DNA from: an uncultured Flavobacteriales bacterium
Lineage (GTDB): Bacteria > Bacteroidota > Bacteroidia > AKYH767-A > 2013-40CM-41-45
Direction of reading: 5' to 3'
Length of the DNA: 56,668 nucleotides
NCBI GenBank assembly: GCA_964486655.1
Contig: CAZAON010000436.1
Span: forward strand, 1 to 56,668
The notes beneath the pieces are model-generated. The model did not search any database. It worked only from the letters and a program-made list of their open reading frames with translations, and was not told where the DNA came from. Made by a program: the position numbers and the translations under genes. Below are positions 10,401 to 19,554 of the stretch, piece by piece (the first letter of the stretch is position 1; every line of letters starts with the position of its first letter).

Positions 10401-11417
10401 ATTTTCTCCCTGCTCAGGTGCGAGATAATTCATCGTGAGAAGGTTTGTATCGTTCTCGCATAAATGAATTGTATCACATACGTTTAGTGAATTTAATACC
10501 GGTGGAATGTTGGCACTGCTGACACAAGCATTCAATACGAATGACTGCCCGTCGAGCCAGTCAACTCCGTCATTGCTTCCGTATGGTCCGTCATATACAG
10601 ATCCTGCAGCATCAAATAATCCGAATTGAATATAGTCAATACCATTACCCTGATTTACCCCAACTGTTGCAGGAACGCCTCCGAAACCTCCCGATCCCTG
10701 TGAGGCATCGCCGGTAGTCCATTGCATGTCTTTATAGCAAAATGCAACGTTTTGGCCGATGTTAATGATTGGGTCGGTTCCATCGGTCAGGATTAACTGA
10801 AATGTATTCAGTAAGTCATCGTGGGTACCAAAGTAGCCTACGTTCTCCCACTGAATAATCATGTATTTAGGAGCAATTTTGTAATAAACAATTCCGCTCA
10901 GGGGTCCGCGTGTGTCCACATCGGCCCAGAAAGGAGCGATCATCGTGTATGAAGTGTCGGGGAATGAAAGCGCGGTAAAGGTGGAATAGGCGCCACCGAT
11001 GGACACGTTTCCGTTGTTGTTGATGTAAATTGAGTCAACCGTCTGCCCGTAAAAGCAAAAATGGAAAGGCAGCGGAATTGCAACCGTAGACCAGTCATCA
11101 TTGCGATAATCGGGCGGTAAACCCGGTCCGCCGCTGCCACCTGAACCATCAAACTGCGCCACCTGCCAGGTTGCATCCCGGGGAATCCAGCATGCACATG
11201 CGGTAGTAATTAATGGGGTGTTAGGGGCAACCGGAGGCTGCATCTGTAAAGGGGTTGCGTTCCGGTTGGTATAATGTTCCATACCGGTAAGCTGTCCCTG
11301 CTTCTTCATTTTATTTACGTTGTTCGTTCCGACAACGCTTATATCCTGCGCGAACACAGTGATACAGAAGAGTGATAGAAATAATAAAAGAATTTTACGG
11401 AGGTAATTTTCACGCAT
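7425..11417 (-). CDS. large surface protein: NIDO-like domain, multiple PKD-like repeats, T9SS type B (gliding-motility) C-terminal domain
   Basis: The track ORF runs to 11702, but the first 95 codons have no signal peptide and overlap the divergent gene. ATG 11417 gives MRENYLRKILLLFLSLFCITVFAQ. IAPFWADVDTRG is at nt 10914-10937. There are ten or more repeats with WDFGDG or WTFGSA motifs. The C-terminus is FSPNGDGVNDYF...TYVYRI. Confidence 0.85.
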   Translation of the reverse strand: MRENYLRKILLLFLSLFCITVFAQDISVVGTNNVNKMKKQGQLTGMEHYTNRNATPLQMQPPVAPNTPLITTACACWIPRDATWQVAQFDGSGGSGGPGLPPDYRNDDWSTVAIPLPFHFCFYGQTVDSIYINNNGNVSIGGAYSTFTALSFPDTSYTMIAPFWADVDTRGPLSGIVYYKIAPKYMIIQWENVGYFGTHDDLLNTFQLILTDGTDPIINIGQNVAFCYKDMQWTTGDASQGSGGFGGVPATVGVNQGNGIDYIQFGLFDAAGSVYDGPYGSNDGVDWLDGQSFVLNACVSSANIPPVLNSLNVCDTIHLCENDTNLLTMNYLAPEQGENTTITWFSPGFTGVSVVSNTPGNTATLVLQIIGSASNLGYHTLAVTATDNGTPAAATSNIFVVEIMPAPLPSYTYSPLSPIQANTVVTFTNTSPVVAGAIYTWDFGDGSAPSVSTNALHNYANAGTFNAVLSVTYPNGCTTTYTEQIIVTTCTPATFTVTNPCDGDPSTITFTSVAGPGAVFTWDFNGGTILSGSGPGPYSVSWPSAGTYNVSLDVTEPTCSSAVVVPVTVYPIPAASITPVAPLCVGDNSNVSFNGTAGAMANYTWTFGSATVVSGSGSGPYQLQYNSVVNDQITLIVDENGCSDTTSIAVVVNPIPTSTFTVPPAACANDSLVVNFTGTAGAGATYNWDFNGAAVNSGSGQGPYSVSWNAGGNFNITLTVTENGCTSVQSGLPVAITDIPVVSITAVPALCVGETGSVNFTGVAGAGAAFNWNFGSASVLSGSGSGPYDLQWVSPGQYQVQLSVTENSCSATSLVDVLVNPIPTSLFAVNNDACIDQPVGISYNGSAAANATYNWTFGSASVLSGSGQGPYSLSWSTQGSYMISLTVTENGCVSPQTDLFATVNPLPVVYAGSNQIVCSGVTVQLGDITTPGFQYHWSPSQDLSNPGVSDPTATIQNLSNSEAIQDYYLTVTDANGCVNSDTVTVQVHPVPVVGFPKVPGQCIDNNNFNINAFTNLSTGINYNWQFSGPSNILSANTQNVNVVYSAVGTYPVQLTADYSGCPAQPFVDSVTIYEMPAPDFEPLVLDGCRPLSVPFSNLTPGNGNSYHWSFGDGGTDGVTDPLYTYNTAGVYTVGLTAVTNHGCTLDTIYPNLITVFADANANFVPSPPVANILAPIIQFQNNSTNVLTYQWDFGDSSLFSTDWSPNHTYGKVGVYQVTLMVISPNGCVDTVRGTVEVEENFSFYIPSAFSPNGDGVNDYFRGYGVAIESYSMNIYNRWGELVFKTNNYDHPWDGKLSSGPIQTDTYVYRIVLKDLHGLEHTYVGDVSVVY

Positions 11418-11656
11418 GAAACTGAATGTTTTTGGTGAACTGATTAGAGGGATAGAGAGATTAACTACCAAAAATAGCAAAAACCACATACTAATGAAAT
11501 CTTTTTTGGCCAGTAGGGAATAATTTATCCTGGCCTGATATAGTTCAAGTCCGAAAAGGAGATGGAATAAGGGGTTTCCCTCCTGCCACGATGACATTCG
11601 GCCAATATTTGCCAAAAAACTACCTTGGCGGCATGAACCCATTTTACAGGGGAGGA

Positions 11657-13204
11657 ATGAATTTAACCGTTCTGAAGATTCCATTCTTCCTTCTTCTTGC
11701 ATTCCTTTTGTTCCCGTTGTTTACTCTGACCTACATTGTTTCTCACGACGGACCTTCGCACGTCTACAATGCGGATCTGATTCGTCAGCTTCTGAAGGGC
11801 GTATCTCCTGCTTCAGACTTTTTGATTTTAAAAACCTTTCCGGAACCTAACTGGATGGGGCATTTTGTTTTGCTGTTGTTTAAAACGATATTTTCATCGG
11901 CCGTTTCAGATAAATTATTTCTCGCAGGATACATCATTTTATTCCCGATGTTTTTCCTAAGGCTAATAACCCGTATCAACCGTGAATCTGCCGCTCTTGC
12001 ATTTCTATCAATTCCGTTTGTCTATAGCATCTTCTTTTACCTGGGTGTATATAATTTTCTGGCCGGAATTACCATTTTAATGCTTGCAATTTCATCTGTC
12101 ATTCCGCGAATAAGAGAAGGAGGCAATCCTCTTTTCATTCGCATTTTCATCTACAGCGTACTGCTGTATTTTTCACATCTGCTTGCGTTAGGGGTGTTTA
12201 TGATTGTCGTTGCAACAGCATTATTATTTTCATTCCTGGAAACTCCTTCCGACCGGAAGAAAGAATTTATCAATCACTTCGCCGGAGTGGCTCTGGCATT
12301 TTTACCGGTGCTGATTTTTACGGTAATATTTTTCGCGAACAAGATCAGCGTGCCCGGCAAAGCGTCTCCGGTGACATTTGAAGAGATGGTTGACTTCCTG
12401 TATCACATCCGGTTTTTGATGACGCTTACCTATGACCCCGAACTTATTTATGCGCAGGTAGTTTTTGGATTGTTCGTCATGCTGCTGATACTCATGATAA
12501 TTATTTCATTCACCGCAAAAGACAATCGTAATCTTCCGTTTTATAAAAAGTATCCTTTCTGGCTGACATGCACTTTGCTGATGCTGCTATGCTATTTTGT
12601 AATTCCCGACGAAGCTGCTTCGGGCGGTGTCGTGAAATTCAGATTTTTACTTTTGTTTTATTTATTTCTCGCCGTTTTTTTATCCGTTGTGGATTATCCC
12701 CGCATTGTAAACTTTTTAATTGTCATTGCAATTGCAACCTGTGTAATTCTTAAAATGAATTACATGTATCCGCTCATGAAACTTTTAAATGAAGATGCCG
12801 TCGGAATGAATGAAGTACAAAAGCATATGGAAGCAAACTCCATTGTGCTTCCGCTGAATTATGGAGGAAACTGGCTGCATCATAATTTATCAAATTACAT
12901 AGGCACTCAGAAAAATATTTTAGTGCTCGATAATTACGAAGCAAATACTCCGCACTTTCCGGTTGAATGGAAAAAAGATAAAAGTCCGATCAGTATTTTA
13001 GGCGAGTTTACCGGTGATCTTCCCCTGTGCGCCGACATTAAAAAGTTTGAAAAAACAACCGGTCATAACATTGACTATGTGATGTTATGGTATCACAGGG
13101 AACTAACAGATAGTTGTTCGGCCGGAATAATAAATCATCTGAAAAATAATTATTCAGAAGTTTATAAAGATGGGGAAAGGGTTCGGCTGTATAAGAGAAA
13201 TTAA
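11657..13204 (+). CDS. polytopic membrane protein with C-terminal soluble domain, function unknown
   Basis: The track ORF starts at 11591. ATG 11657 (MNLTVLKIPFFLLLAFLLFPLF) begins directly with a hydrophobic helix. There are ten or more hydrophobic segments. Confidence 0.7.
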   Translation: MNLTVLKIPFFLLLAFLLFPLFTLTYIVSHDGPSHVYNADLIRQLLKGVSPASDFLILKTFPEPNWMGHFVLLLFKTIFSSAVSDKLFLAGYIILFPMFFLRLITRINRESAALAFLSIPFVYSIFFYLGVYNFLAGITILMLAISSVIPRIREGGNPLFIRIFIYSVLLYFSHLLALGVFMIVVATALLFSFLETPSDRKKEFINHFAGVALAFLPVLIFTVIFFANKISVPGKASPVTFEEMVDFLYHIRFLMTLTYDPELIYAQVVFGLFVMLLILMIIISFTAKDNRNLPFYKKYPFWLTCTLLMLLCYFVIPDEAASGGVVKFRFLLLFYLFLAVFLSVVDYPRIVNFLIVIAIATCVILKMNYMYPLMKLLNEDAVGMNEVQKHMEANSIVLPLNYGGNWLHHNLSNYIGTQKNILVLDNYEANTPHFPVEWKKDKSPISILGEFTGDLPLCADIKKFEKTTGHNIDYVMLWYHRELTDSCSAGIINHLKNNYSEVYKDGERVRLYKRN

Positions 13205-13286
13205 TATGCGAAGCTGCGGTACGCTTAGTTCAACCTAGCGAAAACTCTAATACAAATCATTAAAATTCTTCTATCAAATTTTTCTG

Positions 13287-15314
13287 TTATTCAACAAACA
13301 ATTCAAGAATTTCACACTTAATATCATTTTTAGGAAACGGAATCATGTCCTGTACAAATGGTGATAGAGGCCACCATTTTGAATCGTGAAACTCCTGGGA
13401 AAAAACAACGACCATTTGATTATCCGGAATCGAAGAAACTGAATTATCCATATATCCAACTTCAATCATTTTGTCAAGATCGCTTCCGATTCTCCAGACA
13501 ATTCTTTCGGGTTGCCAGTCAATTTCATAATAGAATGGTCTGTTAAATATTTCGTCATGATCAATTTCATGTTTGATAGTCAGAGCCTGATACCAGTCAT
13601 CCCACCTGTGAAGGACATAGCTCTTATCAAAAAACTTAAACTCAGTTGCGCCTATACTGAAGTTCTTCGGATCCCTGCATGCCATATCCCAATTTGTACA
13701 GGTTACGATAATATTATGATTCGACTTTGCATCGTCAACAGGGACTTTGCTTTTATCCTTATACGATGTGGCAGGCCAGTATTTGGATGTCTTTAGTATT
13801 TCAAAATCTATTTCCGAATAATATGTTGTCTTTAGTCTGCGACTGTCAGGACCCGCATCTCCCTTATGAATATATCCGAGACTATCACAAATTGTCCTGT
13901 TGTTCCAGTCACTCGCTTCCTGAAACTTCAGCCAGTAGGCACAGGTTAATCCGTTCCACACATTTTCTGTATTGATAATATTGGGAAATTTAATTTTTGC
14001 GATGAATTTACCATATGTAAAACCTACTCTCGAACTTATTCCGACATTTTCTTTAATAAAATCATTTTTATACCCCGGAGTTTTCATTTGAAGTAAATTA
14101 TTTTGTTTGTCGGAATTAACTGTTTTGCCTGGAGACCTGGTTATTTTCACGTAATCACTAATCAACTTTTCTTTCTCTGACTTTTTTGCATTATTCAAAT
14201 AATCTGCCTGGCTGTAATTTTCTCCTGTAACATCATATATCAAGGGAACATTATTCATCTTATAGTTCATATTGACATTATGAAAAAATTGTTCGAACTG
14301 CGCTTTTTTAAATAAACCTATTCTATTGTTACAATTTTCCGAAAAATATGAAGTGTCAAATTTAGTTGAATTATATTTATTATTGTCAATAAATATTCCT
14401 GAGCCCGGTTCAAAAACAGTTTTTGTCTTTAATACTTTGACCGATTTAATAACCGCTATATCATTACCCGGACCCAAATCCTTATTATATAACAAATCAA
14501 AGTAAGGGTTAATAAATTTTCCATTCTGTTCTTTACTGATGTGTTTCAAATGGGGCGACAACTTTTCCATTTGATCAACAGGTGCAACAACTAATAAAAA
14601 ACTATAATTACCCATTCGAGGATTTCGCTTCCAACGATTATTAAAGTTCCCTTTCTGAGTATTTTCATTAATGATCCAAAGAGCGTCTCTGCGCAATTGA
14701 TCGTCTACACTTATTTTATTCGCTTTCGCTTTTTCAAGAATACTCTTAAACCATTCCGGGTTATTCCTGATATCACCCATCCCCTTTTGAATTAATTCCT
14801 CCGTTAATTGAAAAAGCGCTGTCTCAGCTCCGAAATATTTAGATTCATTACGGGGGTTCCCAACTATTCTGAAAGAATCAGTGATCAGGTGTGCTTTAGT
14901 ATCATTTGAAATAACAGATGTCACATGAAAACTATCTTCTGCATTTTCCCAGCTCCCATAAAAGTTGTTGCCCGATTGTTCATTATAAATTACAGAATCA
15001 TTGCTTTTAAAGAACTCATTAAATTTATAAGATTCGTTTTGATAAAATATTTTGTATGCGAATTTCTGTGATGAATCTTTGAGATTGGTTATACTAAAGC
15101 TGATCTTAAAATATCCTCCGGGAGTTTGTTGTATTGATGGCAAAGTCACTCCGTTCAATATGGCATCTGTCAAATCAGAATTAAGCAAAAGTGTATCATT
15201 GGTGGTTTTAAAATTTGAAATCGGATCAAAATCCGTTACTTCAAAATTCGCTTTCGGTTTGAAACAGGAACAAAGAAAGCCTGATATAAATATTACGAAA
15301 AATAATTTTTTCAT
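13287..15314 (-). CDS. lipoprotein with C-terminal GH16/concanavalin-like domain
   Basis: Signal peptide MKKLFFVIFISGFLCSC. The C-terminal third contains LTCAYWL, the SEIDFEILK (ExDxE) motif and IDWQPERIVWRIG, as in glycoside hydrolase family 16. The N-terminal ~430 aa are unassigned. Confidence 0.5.
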   Translation of the reverse strand: MKKLFFVIFISGFLCSCFKPKANFEVTDFDPISNFKTTNDTLLLNSDLTDAILNGVTLPSIQQTPGGYFKISFSITNLKDSSQKFAYKIFYQNESYKFNEFFKSNDSVIYNEQSGNNFYGSWENAEDSFHVTSVISNDTKAHLITDSFRIVGNPRNESKYFGAETALFQLTEELIQKGMGDIRNNPEWFKSILEKAKANKISVDDQLRRDALWIINENTQKGNFNNRWKRNPRMGNYSFLLVVAPVDQMEKLSPHLKHISKEQNGKFINPYFDLLYNKDLGPGNDIAVIKSVKVLKTKTVFEPGSGIFIDNNKYNSTKFDTSYFSENCNNRIGLFKKAQFEQFFHNVNMNYKMNNVPLIYDVTGENYSQADYLNNAKKSEKEKLISDYVKITRSPGKTVNSDKQNNLLQMKTPGYKNDFIKENVGISSRVGFTYGKFIAKIKFPNIINTENVWNGLTCAYWLKFQEASDWNNRTICDSLGYIHKGDAGPDSRRLKTTYYSEIDFEILKTSKYWPATSYKDKSKVPVDDAKSNHNIIVTCTNWDMACRDPKNFSIGATEFKFFDKSYVLHRWDDWYQALTIKHEIDHDEIFNRPFYYEIDWQPERIVWRIGSDLDKMIEVGYMDNSVSSIPDNQMVVVFSQEFHDSKWWPLSPFVQDMIPFPKNDIKCEILELFVE

Positions 15315-15351
15315 TGTTGTGGAATGTGAAAGGTTTAAATTATGAAATATA

Positions 15352-16470
15352 TTATTTAATAATCACGTTATTTAATGAGGAAAGCACATCCTCCTCAATC
15401 CTCGCTCCCAATCCCGCTTCCTCGGGAATTACAATTTTTCCACTTTCGCCGTATTTAATTCCGCCTGCCACCGGATCTTCAACAAACATAAGCGGAGTGT
15501 CAAAATCGAAAAACAAAAAACGTTTGCTGCTTAATGCGACGTGTGCCATTGCCGTAAACCCCAGCCGGGATTCTAAAAATCCGCCCGCCTGCATATTTAT
15601 TCCTTCCTTCTCCGCCACTTCAACAATCTTTCGCGCTTTATAAATACCCGAAGATTTTCCGAGTTTGACGTTAAACAGATCGCAGGCATTTATATTCACC
15701 AGTCTTTGCGCATCACGCTCATCGAAACATGATTCATCGGCCATGATCGGAATATTCGACTGTGATCTTATTTCGGGAAGTGATAAAAAATTGTGACGTG
15801 ACACGGGCTCTTCGCAATGCTCTATGTTAAACTGTTCGAATTTGTGTAAAAGACTTATTGCCGTTTCTTTACTCCACCCCTGATTTGCATCGATGCGAAC
15901 CGGAATTGTATTTCCGATTTTTTCACGAATGGATTTCATCCGAATAAAATCCTCCTCCTCTGTTCCGCCCAATTTTACTTTCACAACAATGAAACCATTC
16001 CTTACAATCTTCTCCGCATCATTTGCCATTCTTCCCGCCTCACCTATGCTTACCGTATAGTCGGTAAACATTTCCTTATCATTTTCTCCGCCTAAAAATT
16101 TGTACAAAGGCATGTTGCTGTTTTGTGCGGCAATATCATAAAGCGCGATGTCAAATGCACTCTTGATGGATGTATTCGCATATACCAGTGAATCCATGAT
16201 GCGCATACAATTTGAAAAATCTGTCGCCTCACAACCGACCAGTTTTTCGGCTATCAGTCTGCCGATAGCCATTGCCGTTTCGCCGCTTTCGCCGTGTATG
16301 GTCAGGAACGGACTCGCTTCGCCGAATCCAATGAGTCCGCCCGAGGTGCGGATTCTGACAATTACATTATCCGCAAATTCAAGCTTGCCCAGTGAAATAA
16401 TAAAAGGATCCTTTAAACGGACAGGACAACGATACAGTCCTATTTCTTTTATTATCGTGTCAGGCTGCAT
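15352..16470 (-). CDS. dipeptide epimerase (enolase superfamily, L-Ala-D/L-Glu epimerase-like)
   Basis: 372 aa. The spaced motifs VKVKLG, RIDANQGW, HCEEP and MADES match the mandelate racemase/muconate lactonizing enzyme fold. Confidence 0.8.
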   Translation of the reverse strand: MQPDTIIKEIGLYRCPVRLKDPFIISLGKLEFADNVIVRIRTSGGLIGFGEASPFLTIHGESGETAMAIGRLIAEKLVGCEATDFSNCMRIMDSLVYANTSIKSAFDIALYDIAAQNSNMPLYKFLGGENDKEMFTDYTVSIGEAGRMANDAEKIVRNGFIVVKVKLGGTEEEDFIRMKSIREKIGNTIPVRIDANQGWSKETAISLLHKFEQFNIEHCEEPVSRHNFLSLPEIRSQSNIPIMADESCFDERDAQRLVNINACDLFNVKLGKSSGIYKARKIVEVAEKEGINMQAGGFLESRLGFTAMAHVALSSKRFLFFDFDTPLMFVEDPVAGGIKYGESGKIVIPEEAGLGARIEEDVLSSLNNVIIK

Positions 16471-16486
16471 AATGATTTGTCAAAGA

Positions 16487-18106
16487 CTATTGCAAAATTA
16501 TTTTCCTGCTTTGCACACTTTCGTTCTGGAAAATCTTTAAAATATATAATCCGCGATCGAATGAACTCACGTCGATCTGATTAGTAATACCCTGGTTGAT
16601 TATTTTTCCGGTCATATCCGTAAAAATCCATCGTTGGTTATTTTCATTTTCGAATGAAAGATTAATTCGATCCCGGGCGGGATTAGGAAACAATTTGAAA
16701 GAGCTTTCATTTTCTACAATCGAATTGAAAATATTATCGTTCACAAAAATAGGCACGGAGACATTTACATTTCCGGTCGAATTTGTGTTAAACGTAAGAA
16801 ATGCGCGGATAGAATCTGTCGATGCCGTATTACAGGTAATTTTAATATTCAATCCTTCTCCCGGAGCCAATGTCGTATCGGGAGCACCTGTCGCAAAAGC
16901 AAGTACCGACGGTTGCGACAAACTGAAATTTGTAAAACTCACAGGTGTATTTCCATTATTTACAACAACAAAATTATACGTAACGGGAGTGCTGACCGGG
17001 ATCGTTCCGTAAATGATAGTATCCTCCGGAACATCTATCGAACTGACAATTGGAGCAATCGAGTTTGATGTTATTGAATGAATGCGTTCGAGAAAAACCG
17101 GGTAGTCAATGAATGGATTCCGGTTATGCTGAACGGCATATATATCATTGTTCCTGGTTTGATCTATTGCTGTTGGCGGAAAATTCTGATACCAGGTACG
17201 CAAAATTGATTCCTGTGAGGTAACGAAGTTGTTATAGTTCTGATATCGCAACACAAAATAAAACAACGCTCGTGCAACGATTCCTTTTTGCTGGTCACGC
17301 GGCTCGAAAGTAAAGCCGTCTGACTTTGATCCTCCGACATTCCACGACGGATTAGTCACGACGCCGAAGGGATTATCCCCACGCTGGCCATTGGCATTAT
17401 CATCTGTCGGGAAAAGATGGTGTAAATCGGATCTCATGGGCTCCGAACTGCTAAACAACGATTGAGGGAGTGTATGTTCTGTGTTAAATGAATAATTTGT
17501 CTGGCAATCTGTTCTGTCTGTATATCCAATTGCTTCCCGACCGGTATAGACACATTCAAGAGTGTTTTGTGCCGCGCCCTGCCCGTTTGTTTTTTTATTG
17601 TCTATATCCATGAACATTTCATCGCGTGCGATGTTGTAGCCAAGAGATACATAACCGTTTCCTGTTATCACACCCAAAATTGTTTTGAGATTTTCTTCGG
17701 AAAGATTTTCGGAAAGACTGTAATATGTGTTTGAATATTTTCCCTGTCCAACCAGATCAACTGTAATATCGCCTTGCAAACCATCATTCTCAATAACCAT
17801 TTGTGAATTATGGAAAATATTATGGCGTGGTGAAAACCTGATCCAGATTGAAGCAGAACTTCCGTTATTAATAACAAATGATCCCGCACCGGTACTGAAT
17901 GCGGGAACACCGTATGTTTCATAAAATCTGATATTCGTAACTGTAACATTACGACCTGTATTATTGGTAATGGTTAGCTGCATGCTATCAGGAGCATTTT
18001 CATACACATTACCAAAAGAAAGCTGAAGCTGATTAACGGTTAATTGCGCGAATGCATTTGATACAAAAAATGCAAACAATACAATTATGAAATTTTTATT
18101 ATTCAT
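16487..18106 (-). CDS. secreted endonuclease I family nuclease with T9SS type A C-terminal domain
   Basis: ATG 18106 gives [37 protein letters not shown] and [10 protein letters not shown] match Endonuclease_1 motifs. The C-terminus is [15 protein letters not shown]...GLYILKIF. It overlaps the cyclophilin stop by 8 nt. Confidence 0.8.
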   Translation of the reverse strand: MNNKNFIIVLFAFFVSNAFAQLTVNQLQLSFGNVYENAPDSMQLTITNNTGRNVTVTNIRFYETYGVPAFSTGAGSFVINNGSSASIWIRFSPRHNIFHNSQMVIENDGLQGDITVDLVGQGKYSNTYYSLSENLSEENLKTILGVITGNGYVSLGYNIARDEMFMDIDNKKTNGQGAAQNTLECVYTGREAIGYTDRTDCQTNYSFNTEHTLPQSLFSSSEPMRSDLHHLFPTDDNANGQRGDNPFGVVTNPSWNVGGSKSDGFTFEPRDQQKGIVARALFYFVLRYQNYNNFVTSQESILRTWYQNFPPTAIDQTRNNDIYAVQHNRNPFIDYPVFLERIHSITSNSIAPIVSSIDVPEDTIIYGTIPVSTPVTYNFVVVNNGNTPVSFTNFSLSQPSVLAFATGAPDTTLAPGEGLNIKITCNTASTDSIRAFLTFNTNSTGNVNVSVPIFVNDNIFNSIVENESSFKLFPNPARDRINLSFENENNQRWIFTDMTGKIINQGITNQIDVSSFDRGLYILKIFQNESVQSRKIILQ

Positions 18107-18539
18107 TTTCCAATATCTCAACCTTCGTTATTTCATCTCCCGCCCGAATGGCATCAATAACATCTAATCCTTCTACAACTTTACCGAAGCAGGTATGATT
18201 ACGATCGAGGTGTGCCGTGTTTTGACGGCTGTGACAAATGAAAAACTGAGAACCTCCGGTGTCACGTCCGGCATGGGCCATAGACAATACGCCTCTGTCA
18301 TGAAATTGATTGCCGCCTGTAAGTTCACACTTGATTTTATAACCCGGACCACCCGCTCCTGTACCATCGGGGCATCCACCCTGAATTACGAAACCGGGAA
18401 TGACACGATGAAACGTTAATCCGTCATAAAAACCCTTTTTGGCCAGATCTAAAAAATTCTTTACTGTGTTTGGAGCGTCCTTGTCATAGAACTCTACCTT
18501 CATATCACCTTTTTCTGTGTGAATAATTGCTTTTGACAT
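18099..18539 (-). CDS. peptidylprolyl isomerase, cyclophilin type
   Basis: 146 aa with [19 protein letters not shown] and GSQFFI motifs. Confidence 0.9.
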   Translation of the reverse strand: MSKAIIHTEKGDMKVEFYDKDAPNTVKNFLDLAKKGFYDGLTFHRVIPGFVIQGGCPDGTGAGGPGYKIKCELTGGNQFHDRGVLSMAHAGRDTGGSQFFICHSRQNTAHLDRNHTCFGKVVEGLDVIDAIRAGDEITKVEILENE

Positions 18540-18574
18540 TGAATAATAAATTAGTCCGCAAAGGTAACGATAAG

Positions 18575-18624
18575 AAAATAAAAAAGAGAAGGGGTAGAGA
18601 CACCATTCATAGCGTCTCTACCCC
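18575..18624 (-). terminator. rho-independent terminator after DUF1579 gene
   Basis: ggggtagagac (18591-18601) pairs with gtctctacccc (18614-18624). There are T-runs on both strands (TTCTCTTTTTTATTTT on minus). Confidence 0.8.
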
Positions 18625-18644
18625 TACCCTTTTTTTTTAGTTTA

Positions 18645-19283
18645 TTATTTTCTTGTCATTTTAATGGCCATCGTTTTCATTTCCTTGCCATTTCTGGTTT
18701 CGTACATTTCAAGTACTCTTGAATTCTCATCATTAATGGTAAACACCTGGCGGGCCGGAATCTCTTTTCCTGAAACCGGATCAACAGATTTTCCAATGTA
18801 GGTAATCGAGTTCTTTTTTGAATCATAAGTACCTTTCATATACATGATTCCTGTACTCATGTTGTCAAACCATGTGCTTTCGAACATTTTAGTAACGTTG
18901 TTATACCCGATTATGGATCTGCCTTCAAACGGCATTCCCATCATAGTTCCTCTGTGAAAGCTTTCCATATACCTTCCCTCGAAAACAGACTTGTTTGTAA
19001 AAGTCGCTTCCGCAGTTGTAGGAGGCTGACCGGGTGCCATCCAGAATGTTAAATCTTCCTGCCACTCGCCTTCGTCAGCCATTAGCATTTTATGCATTTC
19101 ACCCGGAGTCATATAGGCCATCCAGGCTTTTTCGGCTGCTTCAGGAGAAGGTGCTTCAACTTTGGCAGGTGCTGCGCTTGCCTTTGCAGGTGCAGGCTTT
19201 GTTGTTGTCTTTTTTTCTTGCGCGATTGCGGCAACGGAAACACATACAAGTGATCCGATAATTAAGGTGTGCTTTATTTTCAT
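18645..19283 (-). CDS. DUF1579-family secreted protein
   Basis: The track ORF extends to 19373 through the G-rich tract. ATG 19283 gives MKIKHTLIIGSLVCVSVAAIAQ. PGEMHKML...EGEWQ is typical of DUF1579. Confidence 0.7.
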   Translation of the reverse strand: MKIKHTLIIGSLVCVSVAAIAQEKKTTTKPAPAKASAAPAKVEAPSPEAAEKAWMAYMTPGEMHKMLMADEGEWQEDLTFWMAPGQPPTTAEATFTNKSVFEGRYMESFHRGTMMGMPFEGRSIIGYNNVTKMFESTWFDNMSTGIMYMKGTYDSKKNSITYIGKSVDPVSGKEIPARQVFTINDENSRVLEMYETRNGKEMKTMAIKMTRK

Positions 19284-19336
19284 TTGGTTTGAATTTGGGG
19301 GGACGAAGATAGGAAATCGTTGGGAACATGGAAGCA

Positions 19337-19355
19337 GGGGGGGGTGGGGGTGGGG
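19337..19355 (+). repeat. G8-T-G5-T-G4 homopolymeric G tract
   Basis: ggggggggtgggggtgggg read directly. It lies 54-72 nt upstream of the minus-strand DUF1579 start. A further G6 run is at 19297-19302. Confidence 0.9.
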
Positions 19356-19384
19356 TTCTGACAATTCCAACATTCCAGTATTCC

Positions 19385-19436
19385 GGGTTTCGGGTTACGG
19401 GTTTCGGGTTTTGGGTTTCGGGTTTCGGGTTACGGG
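19385..19436 (+). repeat. (GGGTTNC)x7 + GGG tandem array (8 G3 tracts, 4-nt spacers)
   Basis: Units are gggtttc gggttac gggtttc gggtttt gggtttc gggtttc gggttac ggg. Confidence 0.95.
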
Positions 19437-19456
19437 TCGATGACGATGTAGGCAAC

Positions 19457-19524
19457 CTGGAATATGGAATATGGAATATGGAATACTGGAATATTGGAAT
19501 CTGGAATGGTGAATGCGGAATGCC
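19457..19524 (+). repeat. degenerate 7-8-bp tandem array with GGAAT core
   Basis: ctggaatatggaatatggaatatggaatactggaatattggaatctggaatggtgaatgcggaatgcc. An inverted 21-nt copy lies at 19364-19384. Confidence 0.95.
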
Positions 19525-19554
19525 AGGATTCAGCGACCCCTGATGCGCTGCACC

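Noticed and set aside
11418-11702. The upstream 95 codons of the track ORF 7425..11702. I also rejected the upstream extensions of 24659, 4432, 40639, 11591, 28299..29252 and 43997..45394.
   Set aside because: The extensions lack signal peptides, overlap neighbouring or divergent genes, or use non-ATG starts. In each case an internal ATG gives a canonical signal peptide, lipobox or tight operon junction.
19385-19436. Telomere-like reading of GGGTTAC/GGGTTTC (compare GGGTTA and GGGTTTA permutations of eukaryotic telomere repeats).
   Set aside because: The 7-mer carries an extra C. The array is internal to a bacterial chromosome segment between two ordinary genes. The resemblance is most simply a coincidence of G3-T-rich composition, so only the G4 potential is retained as a finding.
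19156-19543. ORFs 19156..19455(-), 19162..19443(+) and 19328..19543(+), including the N-terminal extension of 18645..19373 (PHPHPPLL...).
   Set aside because: They are translations of the G-tract, the GGGTTNC array and the GGAAT array (e.g. FRVTGFGFWV, EYGIWNMEYWNIG). ATG 19283 gives a proper signal peptide for the real gene.
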